A DNA stretch of 64,000 bases from Candidatus Eiseniibacteriota bacterium (GTDB lineage Bacteria > Eisenbacteria > RBG-16-71-46 > CAVPCR01): positions 320,001-384,000 of the forward strand of contig CAWGMA010000004.1 of NCBI GenBank assembly GCA_963823555.1. Direction: 5' to 3'. The notes under the pieces were generated by a model, which was not told the DNA's origin, did no database searches, and was given only the letters and a program-made list of their open reading frames with translations. Made by a program: the position numbers and the translations under genes. This document shows positions 50,288 through 59,326 of this stretch, in pieces (positions within the stretch are counted from its first letter, which is position 1; each line of letters starts with the position of its first letter).

Positions 50288-51393
50288 ACCCGAATCTGAT
50301 CCCGGCGCTCGATCCGACGCCGATCCCGGGACCGACCTGGCTCTTCCATGTGCTGCTCGTGTTCACCTTCTTCCTGCATGCCCTCTTCATGAATCTGGCG
50401 CTCGGTGGCACGCTGCTCGCCGCCTCAGCGCAACTCGGCGGTCAGTCGCCGATGAGAATGACGCTCGCGCGGCGGCTCATGGGGGTCAATGGCTACGGTA
50501 TCTCCTTCGCCATCACCACGGGGATCGCCCCGCTGCTCTTCGTTCAGCTCCTCTACCAGCAGTACTTCTACGCGGCGACCATCTTGATCGGGGAGGCCTG
50601 GCTCCTGCTGGTGGCCCTGCTCATGGTCGGCTACTACGCCGTCTACGTGTACAAGTTCAAGGGTGCTCCCGCCCGCGGCACCGGTGGCACGGGATGGCTC
50701 CTGATCGCCGCGGTGCTCTTTCTCATCATCGCCATGGTGCACGTGGCCGTCCATCTGATCCATGTCCAGCCCGGCAAGTGGGCGGCCATGGCCGCTTCCC
50801 CGTGGTCGGTGCTCGGCGATCCGACGTATGTCGCGCGACTCCTGCACTTCGTCCTGGCCGCGCTCGGGTTCAGCGCGCTCGTGATGGCCTGGTGGGCCGT
50901 GCGTGAGGCGGGCCGGGGTCGGGATGTGGAGCTCAACACGGCGATCGCGCGCTACGCCTGGAAGTGGGCGCTGTGGACCACGCTCCTCCAGGTGCTCGAT
51001 GGCTTCGTGCTCGTCTTCGTCCTCCCGCGCGAGGTGTTGCTCGGATTGATGCGTGCGGGAGCGCCGACGCTGGTGCCGTTGACGGCTTCCATCCTTCTCG
51101 GACTCGGACTCCTGATGATGCTGGCCCGGGTCTCGAACCCGGTCGAGAAGCCGGGGCTCGTCACCGGCACCCTCGGTGCCATGGTCCTCACCATCGGGGT
51201 CATGGCCATCACCCGGCACCAGGTGCGGGAGCTCTATCTGGCGCCGTTCACCACGGGGGTGACCATCCCGGCGGCGCCGCAGTGGGGTAACTTCCTCCTC
51301 TTCGTGCTCCTGTTGCTGGCCGGACTCGCGACCGTGGCCTACATGATCCGCCTCGTCAACACGTCCCGGGCGACGGGTGGGGAGGCGGCGTAG
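50284..51393 (+). CDS. Polytopic membrane protein, partner of the CydA-like cytochrome
   Basis: FFLHALFMNLALGG, ITTGIAPLLFVQLLY, RLLHF, many TM helices; TTG start with SD GAGGAGG overlapping the upstream stop. Confidence 0.8.
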   Translation: MNPNLIPALDPTPIPGPTWLFHVLLVFTFFLHALFMNLALGGTLLAASAQLGGQSPMRMTLARRLMGVNGYGISFAITTGIAPLLFVQLLYQQYFYAATILIGEAWLLLVALLMVGYYAVYVYKFKGAPARGTGGTGWLLIAAVLFLIIAMVHVAVHLIHVQPGKWAAMAASPWSVLGDPTYVARLLHFVLAALGFSALVMAWWAVREAGRGRDVELNTAIARYAWKWALWTTLLQVLDGFVLVFVLPREVLLGLMRAGAPTLVPLTASILLGLGLLMMLARVSNPVEKPGLVTGTLGAMVLTIGVMAITRHQVRELYLAPFTTGVTIPAAPQWGNFLLFVLLLLAGLATVAYMIRLVNTSRATGGEAA

Positions 51394-51400
51394 CCCGGCG

Positions 51401-52606
51401 ATGCCGACGATGGTCCTCAGCGAGCTACACACGATCATCCTTGGTCTGCTCGCACTCATGCTCGGTCAGTTCGTCGCCGGGCGGGTGGCGGTCCTGCGCC
51501 GCCTCAACGTGCCGGTGCCGGTGGTCGGCGGTATCCTGGCTTCGCTTGCGCTCACCGCCTTTCGTGCCGCCACCGGGATCGAGGTGACCGTGGCGGGTGA
51601 GTTTCGCGACATCCTGCTTCTCGTCTTCTTCACCACCATCGGGCTCTCGGCCAAGCTCTCGTCGCTCAAGACCGGTGGCAAGCCGCTCCTCATCATCTGC
51701 GGCGTGACGTTGATCCTGCTCGTCTTGCAGAATGTCGTGGGCATCGCCATCGCCCTGGCGCGAGGCGCGCATCCCTTCTACGGTCTCCTGCTCGGCAGCA
51801 TCTCGTTCGTCGGGGGCCCAGGGACGGCGCTGGCCTGGGCCCGGGAGGGGCAGGCGATGGGACTCCGCTATGCCCCCGAGGTCGCCTTGGGTACGGCCAC
51901 GCTGGCCGTGGTCAGCGGCGCCGTCGTGGCCGGCCCCATCACCGGGTGGCTGATCGGCCGGCACCGCCTTCGGTCATCGGCCGCTCCCTCCGATATCGCC
52001 TGGGCCGGTGCGGCCAAGGAAGCGCCGGCGCCCGCCGCGTCCCTCGAGCAGATCATGCGCACCATGCTGCTCGTCGCCGTCGCGGTTGCCATCGGCGAGT
52101 GGCTCAACGAATGGGCCCAGCGGGCCCATTTCGTCCTGCCAGGTTTCCTCACGGCCATGCTGGGCGGCGTGCTCATCTCGAACGTGTCCGATCTTCTTGG
52201 CAGGCGTCTCGACTTCGGCCCCATCGAGCGCGGGGGCGAATGGGCGCTGCAGCTGTTCCTGGTCATCAGCTTGATGGGTCTCAAGCTGTGGACTCTCGCC
52301 ATTGCCGCCGGCCCGCTCCTGTTCAATGTGTTGGCGCAGATCGCCATCACCACGCTCGTGGCGGTGGGATTGCTCTTCCGCCTTCTCGGGAGGGATTACG
52401 ACGCGGCGGTCGCCAGCGGGGGGTTCCTCGGATTCGGCCTGAGCTCGATGCCGGTCGCGCTCGCGACGATGGATCAGGTCAGTCTCCGCTTCGGTCCCGC
52501 CCCCCGGGCGTTCCTGCTCATCACGCTCGCCGGATCGTTCTTCGTCGATCTCGCCAATGCGCTCGTGACCAAGGCTTTCCTGCTCTTGCCGATCTTCGCG
52601 CGGTAG
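51401..52606 (+). CDS. gltS: Sodium/glutamate symporter
   Basis: NVPVPVVGG, FFTTIGL, LQNVVG, GGPGT, GRDYDAAV...GFGL, FFVDLAN. Confidence 0.88.
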   Translation: MPTMVLSELHTIILGLLALMLGQFVAGRVAVLRRLNVPVPVVGGILASLALTAFRAATGIEVTVAGEFRDILLLVFFTTIGLSAKLSSLKTGGKPLLIICGVTLILLVLQNVVGIAIALARGAHPFYGLLLGSISFVGGPGTALAWAREGQAMGLRYAPEVALGTATLAVVSGAVVAGPITGWLIGRHRLRSSAAPSDIAWAGAAKEAPAPAASLEQIMRTMLLVAVAVAIGEWLNEWAQRAHFVLPGFLTAMLGGVLISNVSDLLGRRLDFGPIERGGEWALQLFLVISLMGLKLWTLAIAAGPLLFNVLAQIAITTLVAVGLLFRLLGRDYDAAVASGGFLGFGLSSMPVALATMDQVSLRFGPAPRAFLLITLAGSFFVDLANALVTKAFLLLPIFAR

Positions 52607-52613
52607 CGCTTGT

Positions 52614-55600
52614 TCAACCGGCCTCGGATCGGAACCGACGGTGACGGAGGAAGGGGTCGAGCACGCCTTCGAGCACGCGGTCGAGGCGGCCGCTCCTGAG
52701 CCCGGAGTCGATGTCCCGGACCTCCGGCGAGGGACCGAGGATGTAGCGGCGGACCATGCGATCGGCGGCCGGCTCGATCTCGGCCGCGCGACCGGCGGCG
52801 ATGGCGGCGCGCACCGTGACCAGCTCGATGAGATGGCGTTCGAGGCGTTCGGGCGTGAGGGCGCTCGTGCCGGCAGCGAGCGTGAGCGTCGGACCGTGGG
52901 CCACCTCGACCCGGGCCACGGGCTCGGGCACCAGGAGTCCGTGGCGCTCTTCCGGCGGACGCCGGCGGCAGGTGATCTCACCCGGTGCCACATCGAAGTC
53001 GATCATCTCGGGGGTCGGGAGGACGATGGCACGGACGAGATCGGTGTGGGCGGGCCGATCCCCGACGCGCCTCTCGACGAAGGCGTGGAGGCCGGACTCG
53101 CCGTTCAGGAGCCCGTAGACGCAAGTGCCCTCGATGAGGAGCATGGCCGATCGCATCTCCTCGCCATCCATCTCCTCATCGAGGACATGGACGGTGAAGC
53201 GCCAGCGCTCGGCCCAGGCCATGAACATGCGCGCGAGCCGATGGGCCGAGTTCCCGTCGCCGGTCCCGAGCGCGGTCACCTTGATGAAGGCATCGCTCGC
53301 CTCGTGCGGAGCGCGGAGCCCGAGCGCCATCCCCGCCAGATCGGCTTCGAGGCGGATCTCGGCGTAACGCTCCGCGGCCTCATGACTGCGCTCGCCGTCC
53401 AGAGGCCTGGCCTCCAGATAGGCGCAGAGGTCGTGGGCTCGCTTCTGTGCCCGCCTGAGCATCGTCTCGATGCGATCGACTCGCTCGAGAGCCGCGAAGG
53501 TCCGGCGCGCCGTCCCCGGTCGGTCCCACAGCCCGGGCGCGCGCGCCGCTACCGAGAGCTCGGCCTTCTCTCCCGCCAGCTCCCGCTCGAAGATCGCCGC
53601 CGCCTGGTCGACCTCGGCCGCCATCTCCGTCGCCCGCGCCCTGAGCTCATCGGCGGTCAGGCGCTCGCGCGCTCCGAGCAGGCGGTCCGTGATCTCGACC
53701 GCACTTTCCTCGACCACGGGCCTCTCGAGATCACGCTCGGTGAAGAGCAGAACCTGCACTTCACCGCGTTCCAGCTTGAGGAAGGCCAGGGCTCCGGACG
53801 CTTCCTCGCCGCGGTCGACGATGGCCCGGGCCAGAGGAGTCAACACCTTCTGCTCGATGACGCGCTTGAGCGGGCGGGCGCCGTATTCCGGGGAGAATCC
53901 CTGCTCGATGAGGAAGCGGAGCACCTCGGGGTCGACCTCGACCATGAGGCCGCGCCGGAGGATCCCGTGGCGTTCGAGGTGGGCGGCGAGCTCCTTCTCG
54001 GCGATGCGCTGCATGACGCCGAGATCCAGCGGGGAGAAGGTGATGACGCGGTCGATCCGGTTCAGGAACTCGGGGCGGAAGAAGCGCTCGACTTCCCGCC
54101 TGGTGCCGGCATCGATGGGGGCGGGCGCGAATCCGGCGCGCGGCGCGCCGCCGGAGCCGAGGTTGGAGGTCATGATGATGAGCGTGCCATGGAAGTCCGC
54201 GCCCTGACCGCGCGCATCGGTCAAGTGGCCGGCATCGAAGACCTGGAGGAAGAGATCGAACACGTCAGGGTGCGCCTTCTCGAACTCGTCGAGCAGGACG
54301 ACCGCGAAGGGTGCGGCCCGCACCCGCGCGGCCAGGGTCACGGCGCCCTTGTCCGCCCACGGTCCCTGGCTCCCGATCAGTCGCTCCAGGCTCTGGGGCG
54401 ACTGGAACTCGCTCATGTCGAAGCGGAGGAGGCGTTCGTCGCTGCCGAAGAGCGCGGCGGCCAGGGCCCGCGCCAGCTCCGTCTTGCCGACCCCGGTCGG
54501 GCCGGCGAAGAGAAAGACGCCGAGCGGTCGTCCGGGATCGGTGAGACCGGCCTTGAACAGCGCAATGCGGTCGACGAGGACCTCGATGGCTTCATCCTGG
54601 CCGAGCACGCGCCGCCGGAGAGCTTGCCGGAGCTCCCGGCGGTCGAGATGCGCGCGGTCGTCGACGAGGACGGGGGGAATGCCGGTTCGCCGCGCCACCG
54701 TCTCGATGACCGCCGAACGATCGAGCTCGAGCGCCGCGCCCGGCGGCAGGCTGTCGACTTCCGCCGCGGCGCGCGCCGCCACTTCGCGGAGGAGCGATAA
54801 GCTGCGCCCGGGAGCGGACATTCCCGGGGCGAACATGCGGCCCGAGGAGAGGATCGTGGGCACGAATTCCGTATCCACCCGCACCTCACGGCCGACCCCC
54901 TGCGCAAGCTCCGCGGTCAGGTCGGCGAGCACGGACTCGACGATCGCTCGCTCGGCATCGGCGGCGGGGGCCTCGAGGCGAATCGGCTCGAAGAGGTCGA
55001 GGATGCGCGGATCGCGGCGCAACCCCCGCTCGAGCTCCTCGGGAGTGGACTCGGCGAGAATCGCGATGTCCCCCCGGGCGATGCGCGGTGCGAGCAGGCT
55101 TCCGAAGTGCTCGTCGGGCTGATCCCAGGCCCGTCCCGCGTCGAGCAGGTTGTTGGCATCGGGCAGGAGCCACAGCACGGGCTTCGGTCGAGAGATCTCG
55201 TCGACGAAGGCCAGGAGCCGCGTTTGCCACTGACCGATGGCGAACGTGCCGCGGAGGAGATCGCCGGTCGCCACCTCGACCACGACCGGCGGATCGGGAT
55301 CCCGCGCGACGAGGCGCGCCGCCAGGAGCAGGGCGGTCGTCTTTCCCGAGCCATGCGGGCCGATGACGAGAACGCTGCGTCGTCCGCCGCGCTCGAGGAC
55401 CTCGGCGATCAAGCGGGCCGTGTCCTCGACACCGTGCGCCGCGGGCAGGCGGTCGAGATCGAGAACCCGTCCGAACTCGGCGAGGAGGTCCGCTGCCGGG
55501 CTCGTGGCCACCCGGCGCGCCAGGACCGTCTTGAGCCGGGCGAGGCCCGGGTCTCGCTCCCGCACGCCGAGCGCGGTCACGAGCTCGCGCGCCCGGGCCA

Positions 55601-56225
55601 GGGGGATCGCGGTCACGATCTCCTCGATCTCGTGCTCCGCCGCGGTGGCGAGCGCTGGGCCGGCGCTCTCGTTGATCTCTCCGAGCATGAACTCGATGAG
55701 CATCGGATCGTCGGTGCGGGCGCGGGTGAGGATGCGCCCCAGCCGGACGCCGCCGGCTTTCGCGATCGGTCGGATCGAGATCATGTCGGTCCAGCTCGCC
55801 GCCCCATCGAATCGTTCCCCGAGGAGATCGAGGTCCGCCGGTTCGGCTCGGCGCGCCAGCGCGATCGTGGCCAGGGTCTTGAGCCCCCAGTCCTCGCCGG
55901 CGAAGGCCTCGGCGATCAGCGCGGTGGGCGCCTCGGCCACGAGCAAGTTCGCGAGGCGGACCATGATGGGCGCGGCCGCCAACTGCTGGTAGCTCTCTGC
56001 CTCGCCGTACACCTTGGCCAGTTCCTCGCGATCCCCGGCGCTGATGAGATCGGAGAGGGAGGCGGGAGCTGCGGGCACTGCGCTGGGCGGCGGCTCCGGT
56101 GGGCGGGGGAAAGGACGTCTGGGCTCCCTCGGCGTCGGCGGCGGCAGGGGCTCATCCCAGTCGATTGTGCCCCCGGTGAGCCGGTTCCACGCGGCGCTCA
56201 GGAGAGAGATCAATGCCCAGAACAT
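52614..56225 (-). CDS. ClpA/ClpB-type double AAA+ ATPase fused to a C-terminal degenerate RF2-like release factor
   Basis: GPHGSGKT; GPTGVGKTE, DMSEF, LLDEFEKAH, MTSNLG, RPEFLNRID, GARPLKR; then RF2-like RMFMAWAE, YGLLNGESGLH, VRRY...RVLEG-LDPF. Confidence 0.88.
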   Translation of the reverse strand: MFWALISLLSAAWNRLTGGTIDWDEPLPPPTPREPRRPFPRPPEPPPSAVPAAPASLSDLISAGDREELAKVYGEAESYQQLAAAPIMVRLANLLVAEAPTALIAEAFAGEDWGLKTLATIALARRAEPADLDLLGERFDGAASWTDMISIRPIAKAGGVRLGRILTRARTDDPMLIEFMLGEINESAGPALATAAEHEIEEIVTAIPLARARELVTALGVRERDPGLARLKTVLARRVATSPAADLLAEFGRVLDLDRLPAAHGVEDTARLIAEVLERGGRRSVLVIGPHGSGKTTALLLAARLVARDPDPPVVVEVATGDLLRGTFAIGQWQTRLLAFVDEISRPKPVLWLLPDANNLLDAGRAWDQPDEHFGSLLAPRIARGDIAILAESTPEELERGLRRDPRILDLFEPIRLEAPAADAERAIVESVLADLTAELAQGVGREVRVDTEFVPTILSSGRMFAPGMSAPGRSLSLLREVAARAAAEVDSLPPGAALELDRSAVIETVARRTGIPPVLVDDRAHLDRRELRQALRRRVLGQDEAIEVLVDRIALFKAGLTDPGRPLGVFLFAGPTGVGKTELARALAAALFGSDERLLRFDMSEFQSPQSLERLIGSQGPWADKGAVTLAARVRAAPFAVVLLDEFEKAHPDVFDLFLQVFDAGHLTDARGQGADFHGTLIIMTSNLGSGGAPRAGFAPAPIDAGTRREVERFFRPEFLNRIDRVITFSPLDLGVMQRIAEKELAAHLERHGILRRGLMVEVDPEVLRFLIEQGFSPEYGARPLKRVIEQKVLTPLARAIVDRGEEASGALAFLKLERGEVQVLLFTERDLERPVVEESAVEITDRLLGARERLTADELRARATEMAAEVDQAAAIFERELAGEKAELSVAARAPGLWDRPGTARRTFAALERVDRIETMLRRAQKRAHDLCAYLEARPLDGERSHEAAERYAEIRLEADLAGMALGLRAPHEASDAFIKVTALGTGDGNSAHRLARMFMAWAERWRFTVHVLDEEMDGEEMRSAMLLIEGTCVYGLLNGESGLHAFVERRVGDRPAHTDLVRAIVLPTPEMIDFDVAPGEITCRRRPPEERHGLLVPEPVARVEVAHGPTLTLAAGTSALTPERLERHLIELVTVRAAIAAGRAAEIEPAADRMVRRYILGPSPEVRDIDSGLRSGRLDRVLEGVLDPFLRHRRFRSEAG

Positions 56226-56273
56226 CGGCGGCCCTCGCGCGCTCCATCGAATGACCAGGGCAAGACACACTCG

Positions 56274-56302
56274 ACTCTATGCCGCCGCCCGGCAAAAGAC
56301 AA
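56274..56302 (-). promoter_or_regulatory. Putative sigma70 promoter of the Clp-RF gene
   Basis: TTGTCT, 17 nt, TAGAGT on the minus strand; favours ATG 56225 over GTG 56270 as the start. Confidence 0.4.
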
Positions 56303-56330
56303 GAAGATGAGATTCAAGGAGGTCGGGCTG

Positions 56331-57695
56331 TCAACGCAGGTACGGCAAGAAGAGACTGGCCAGGCTCAAGAGAATGAAGAAGCCGCTCATGTCGGTGATC
56401 GTGGTCAGGATCGGTCCCGAGGCCAGGGCGGGGTCCTTGCCCAGCCGGCGCAAGAGGAGCGGGACCGTGCCGCCGATCGAGACCGCGATCATGGTGTTGA
56501 CCGCCATGGACACGCCGACCAGGACCCCGAGGAGAGGGTTGCCCTTCCAGGCCAGGGCCACGATTCCCAGGAGGATGCCGAGGACGATGCCGTTGATCAC
56601 GCCCACCGAGATCTCCCGCCACCAGACGTGGGCCACTTCCCGCGGACCGACGAGGCCCAGCGAGAGCTCGCGCATGCTCACGGCGACCGCCTGGTTGCCC
56701 GAACAACCGCTCATATCGGAGATGATCGGGAGGAAGACCGCGAGCGCGATGACCGCGGACAGCGTGTCCTGGTGCATGGCGATCACGCTCGCTGCCAGCA
56801 CGTTGAGGAGGATATTGACGCTCAGCCAGGAGAGCCGGCGGCCCGAGCGGACGTGAACCGGCATGCTGCGCAGCTCCTCGCCGCCGACGATACCCTGGGA
56901 TTTGCGGTAGTCGCTGTCGCTGCGATCGGCGAGAGCTTCCTCGAGATCCGCCCGCTGCACGACTCCCAGCAGGTGGCCTTGCGGATCGACGACCGGGACG
57001 CCGACGAAGGGATGGCTGTCGAAGAAGTCGCGCACCTCGTCGAGGGTCGCATCGACCGCGACGGTGAGCGGCTGGTCGATCATCAGCGCCCGGAGCGGAC
57101 TCTCCTTCGGGGCGAGCAGCAGGTCCCGCATCTTGAGCACGCCGACCAGGCGGCCGTCCGCCGCCGTCACGTAGGCGTACTGAACGTCATAATCGCGATA
57201 TTCATCAGCCCGCTCCCGCAGATCGTGGATGACATGGGAAGCGGTGGCTGTCTCCGCGTAGCTCAGGTACTCGGTGACCATGAGCCCGCCGGCGGTGTCA
57301 TCGGGGTAGCGGGCGAGTAGGCTGGCTTCCCGCGCTTCCTCGGGATCCATGGCCGAGAGGATCGCCTGCGCCTCGCTTGCGCCGAGATCGCCGAGCAGGT
57401 CGGCCCGCTCGTCGCTTGGCAGCTCCTCGATGATGGCCGCTGCATGCTCGGGGCCGACGCGTTCGAGGATCTCGACGGCCTCGGACTCCGGCATCTGCTC
57501 GACCAGATCGGCGGCATCGGTGGGATCGATGGTCGTGAGCAGGCGTTGCTGCTGCTCCCGGTCGAGACGCAGGACGGCTCGCACCGCTTCGTGGACCGGC
57601 AACGAATCCAGGAACGCGGCCGCGGACCTTTCGCCCTCTTCGTGCAACAGGTGCTCGAGCTCGTCCCATGGGCGCTGATCGTGGACATCCGCCAT
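56331..57695 (-). CDS. mgtE: Magnesium transporter MgtE
   Basis: N-domain, YPDDTAGGLM, CBS pair, SGCSGNQA, DPALASGPILTTITD. Confidence 0.95.
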   Translation of the reverse strand: MADVHDQRPWDELEHLLHEEGERSAAAFLDSLPVHEAVRAVLRLDREQQQRLLTTIDPTDAADLVEQMPESEAVEILERVGPEHAAAIIEELPSDERADLLGDLGASEAQAILSAMDPEEAREASLLARYPDDTAGGLMVTEYLSYAETATASHVIHDLRERADEYRDYDVQYAYVTAADGRLVGVLKMRDLLLAPKESPLRALMIDQPLTVAVDATLDEVRDFFDSHPFVGVPVVDPQGHLLGVVQRADLEEALADRSDSDYRKSQGIVGGEELRSMPVHVRSGRRLSWLSVNILLNVLAASVIAMHQDTLSAVIALAVFLPIISDMSGCSGNQAVAVSMRELSLGLVGPREVAHVWWREISVGVINGIVLGILLGIVALAWKGNPLLGVLVGVSMAVNTMIAVSIGGTVPLLLRRLGKDPALASGPILTTITDMSGFFILLSLASLFLPYLR

Positions 57696-57806
57696 GCCTG
57701 GCCTCCTCGGTTGACACAAAGCGTCAAGACGGCACGATCCTAGCAGGAGGCGCCAGCGGCAGGGCTGATGGTTGGCGGAAAGAAGGGACGGCGGAGGTAG
57801 GAAGGA

Positions 57807-58382
57807 TCAGCGGACGGGCCGGGCATCCTCCGTTCGCGCCATCTCGGCCCCCATCTCGAGGCCGAGCGCGAACGCCTTTAGATTCAACTCCTCGGTGCCC
57901 TTGGGCACGCGATCACGGATCGCCTGCCGCACAGCATCCTCGCTCACCAGGTGCGCCGCGCGCGCAATCACGCCGAGCGCGACGATGTTGCCGACGATGG
58001 CTCGCCCGAGCTTCTCCTTTGCGCTCGAGATGATCGGCAGGCTCCATACCCGTTCGTGCGCGGGCGGCAGGTTGGTCACGGCCGCCGAGTCGACGAGCAG
58101 GATCCCGCCGGGCTTCAGATCCCGCGCGTAGCGGTTGCACGCTTCCTGGGTCAGGGCGAGGAGGAGATCGATCGCGGTGGCTTTGGGGAAATCGATCTCC
58201 TGATCTGAGAGGATGACCTCCGAGCGGCTGGCGCCGCCACGGGCCTCGGGCCCGTAGGACTGGCTCTGCGTGGCGTTGATCCCGTCGTAGATCGCGGCGG
58301 CTTCGGCCAGGATCTTGCCGGCGAGAACCAGGCCCTGGCCACCCTCACCGCTCAGCCGAATCTCGTAGCGAAATCCCATCAT
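57807..58382 (-). CDS. korC: 2-oxoacid:ferredoxin oxidoreductase gamma subunit
   Basis: EIRLSGEGGQG, QSYGPEARGGAS, NIVALG, NLKAF. Confidence 0.9.
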   Translation of the reverse strand: MMGFRYEIRLSGEGGQGLVLAGKILAEAAAIYDGINATQSQSYGPEARGGASRSEVILSDQEIDFPKATAIDLLLALTQEACNRYARDLKPGGILLVDSAAVTNLPPAHERVWSLPIISSAKEKLGRAIVGNIVALGVIARAAHLVSEDAVRQAIRDRVPKGTEELNLKAFALGLEMGAEMARTEDARPVR

Positions 58383-59311
58383 CGTTCCCAGGCCAGGGCC
58401 CCGTACAGGCTCTGGCTCGACTCGCTGCCCACTCCGGCGATGGCGGTGCCGACATCCCGTGCCGGGAGTTCCGGCATCGCCTTGCCGTCGTTCTTCAAGC
58501 GCTCGACGATCTGCTCGTAGAGCTCCGTGTACTCGGGCTTTTCGATATCGGCGAGGATCCCGGTGATGAACTTCCCGGCCAGCTCCTCGGACTTCATGGT
58601 CTTCGCCCGCTGGATGTCGATCGAACGGTCCTTGATCCACATCATCTGGTCGATCGGCTGGCCCATCTTGTTCTGCCGGCCAAAGGCAGTCGGGCAGGGG
58701 GAGATGGCCTCGATCAGGGAGAAGCCCTTCTTCTGGATCCCCTTCTCGATCATCTGGCGAGAGCTTGACCGGGTTGGTGACCGTGCCGCGGGCGACGAAC
58801 GAGGCGCCGGCGGCGATCGCCAGTCCCGAGATGTCGAACGACGGCTCGAGGTTGCCGTAGGGCGCGGTGGTGGCCGGCTCGCCGAGCGGTGTCGTCGGCG
58901 ACACCTGGCCGCCGGTCATGCCGTAGATCCAGTTGTTGAACAGGATGACCGTCAGGTCGATGTTGCGGCGGGCGGCGTGGATGAAGTGGTTGCCGCCGAT
59001 CGCCGTGGCGTCGCCGTCGCCGGTGACCACGATCACCGTCAGGTCCGGGCTGCGCCATCTTGACGCCGGTGGCGAAGGCGATCGCCCGGCCGTGGGTGGT
59101 GTGCAGCGTGTTGAAGTCGACGTAGCCCGGGGCGCGGCTCGAGCAGCCGATGCCCGATACCATCGCCACCTCGTCCTTCGGTCGAGCCCAGATCGCTCGA
59201 TGGCGCCGCAGCATCGCCTTGAGCACGATGCCGTGACCGCAGCCCGGGCACCAGATGAGCGGGAACTGCTCGAGTCTGCAGGTACTGGTCGTAGTCGATC
59301 ATCTCCGGCAT
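58379..59311 (-). CDS. korB: 2-oxoacid:ferredoxin oxidoreductase beta subunit, frameshifted
   Basis: VSGIGCSSR, HTTHGRA, GDGDATAIGGNHFIHA, YGMTGGQ, SPCPT across frames. Confidence 0.88.
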
Positions 59312-59326
59312 GGCAGCTTCACCTCG

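Noticed and set aside
52614..53680. A separate genuine prfB gene
   Set aside because: In frame with the ATPase with no intervening stop, and lacks SPF and GGQ
52641..57320. 719-aa and 737-aa plus-strand ORFs
   Set aside because: Antisense shadows of the Clp-RF and mgtE genes
57807..59036. KorB-KorC fusion (409-aa ORF)
   Set aside because: An indel near 58755 diverts korB into the korC frame; the real korB C-terminus is in the 58379..58753 frame
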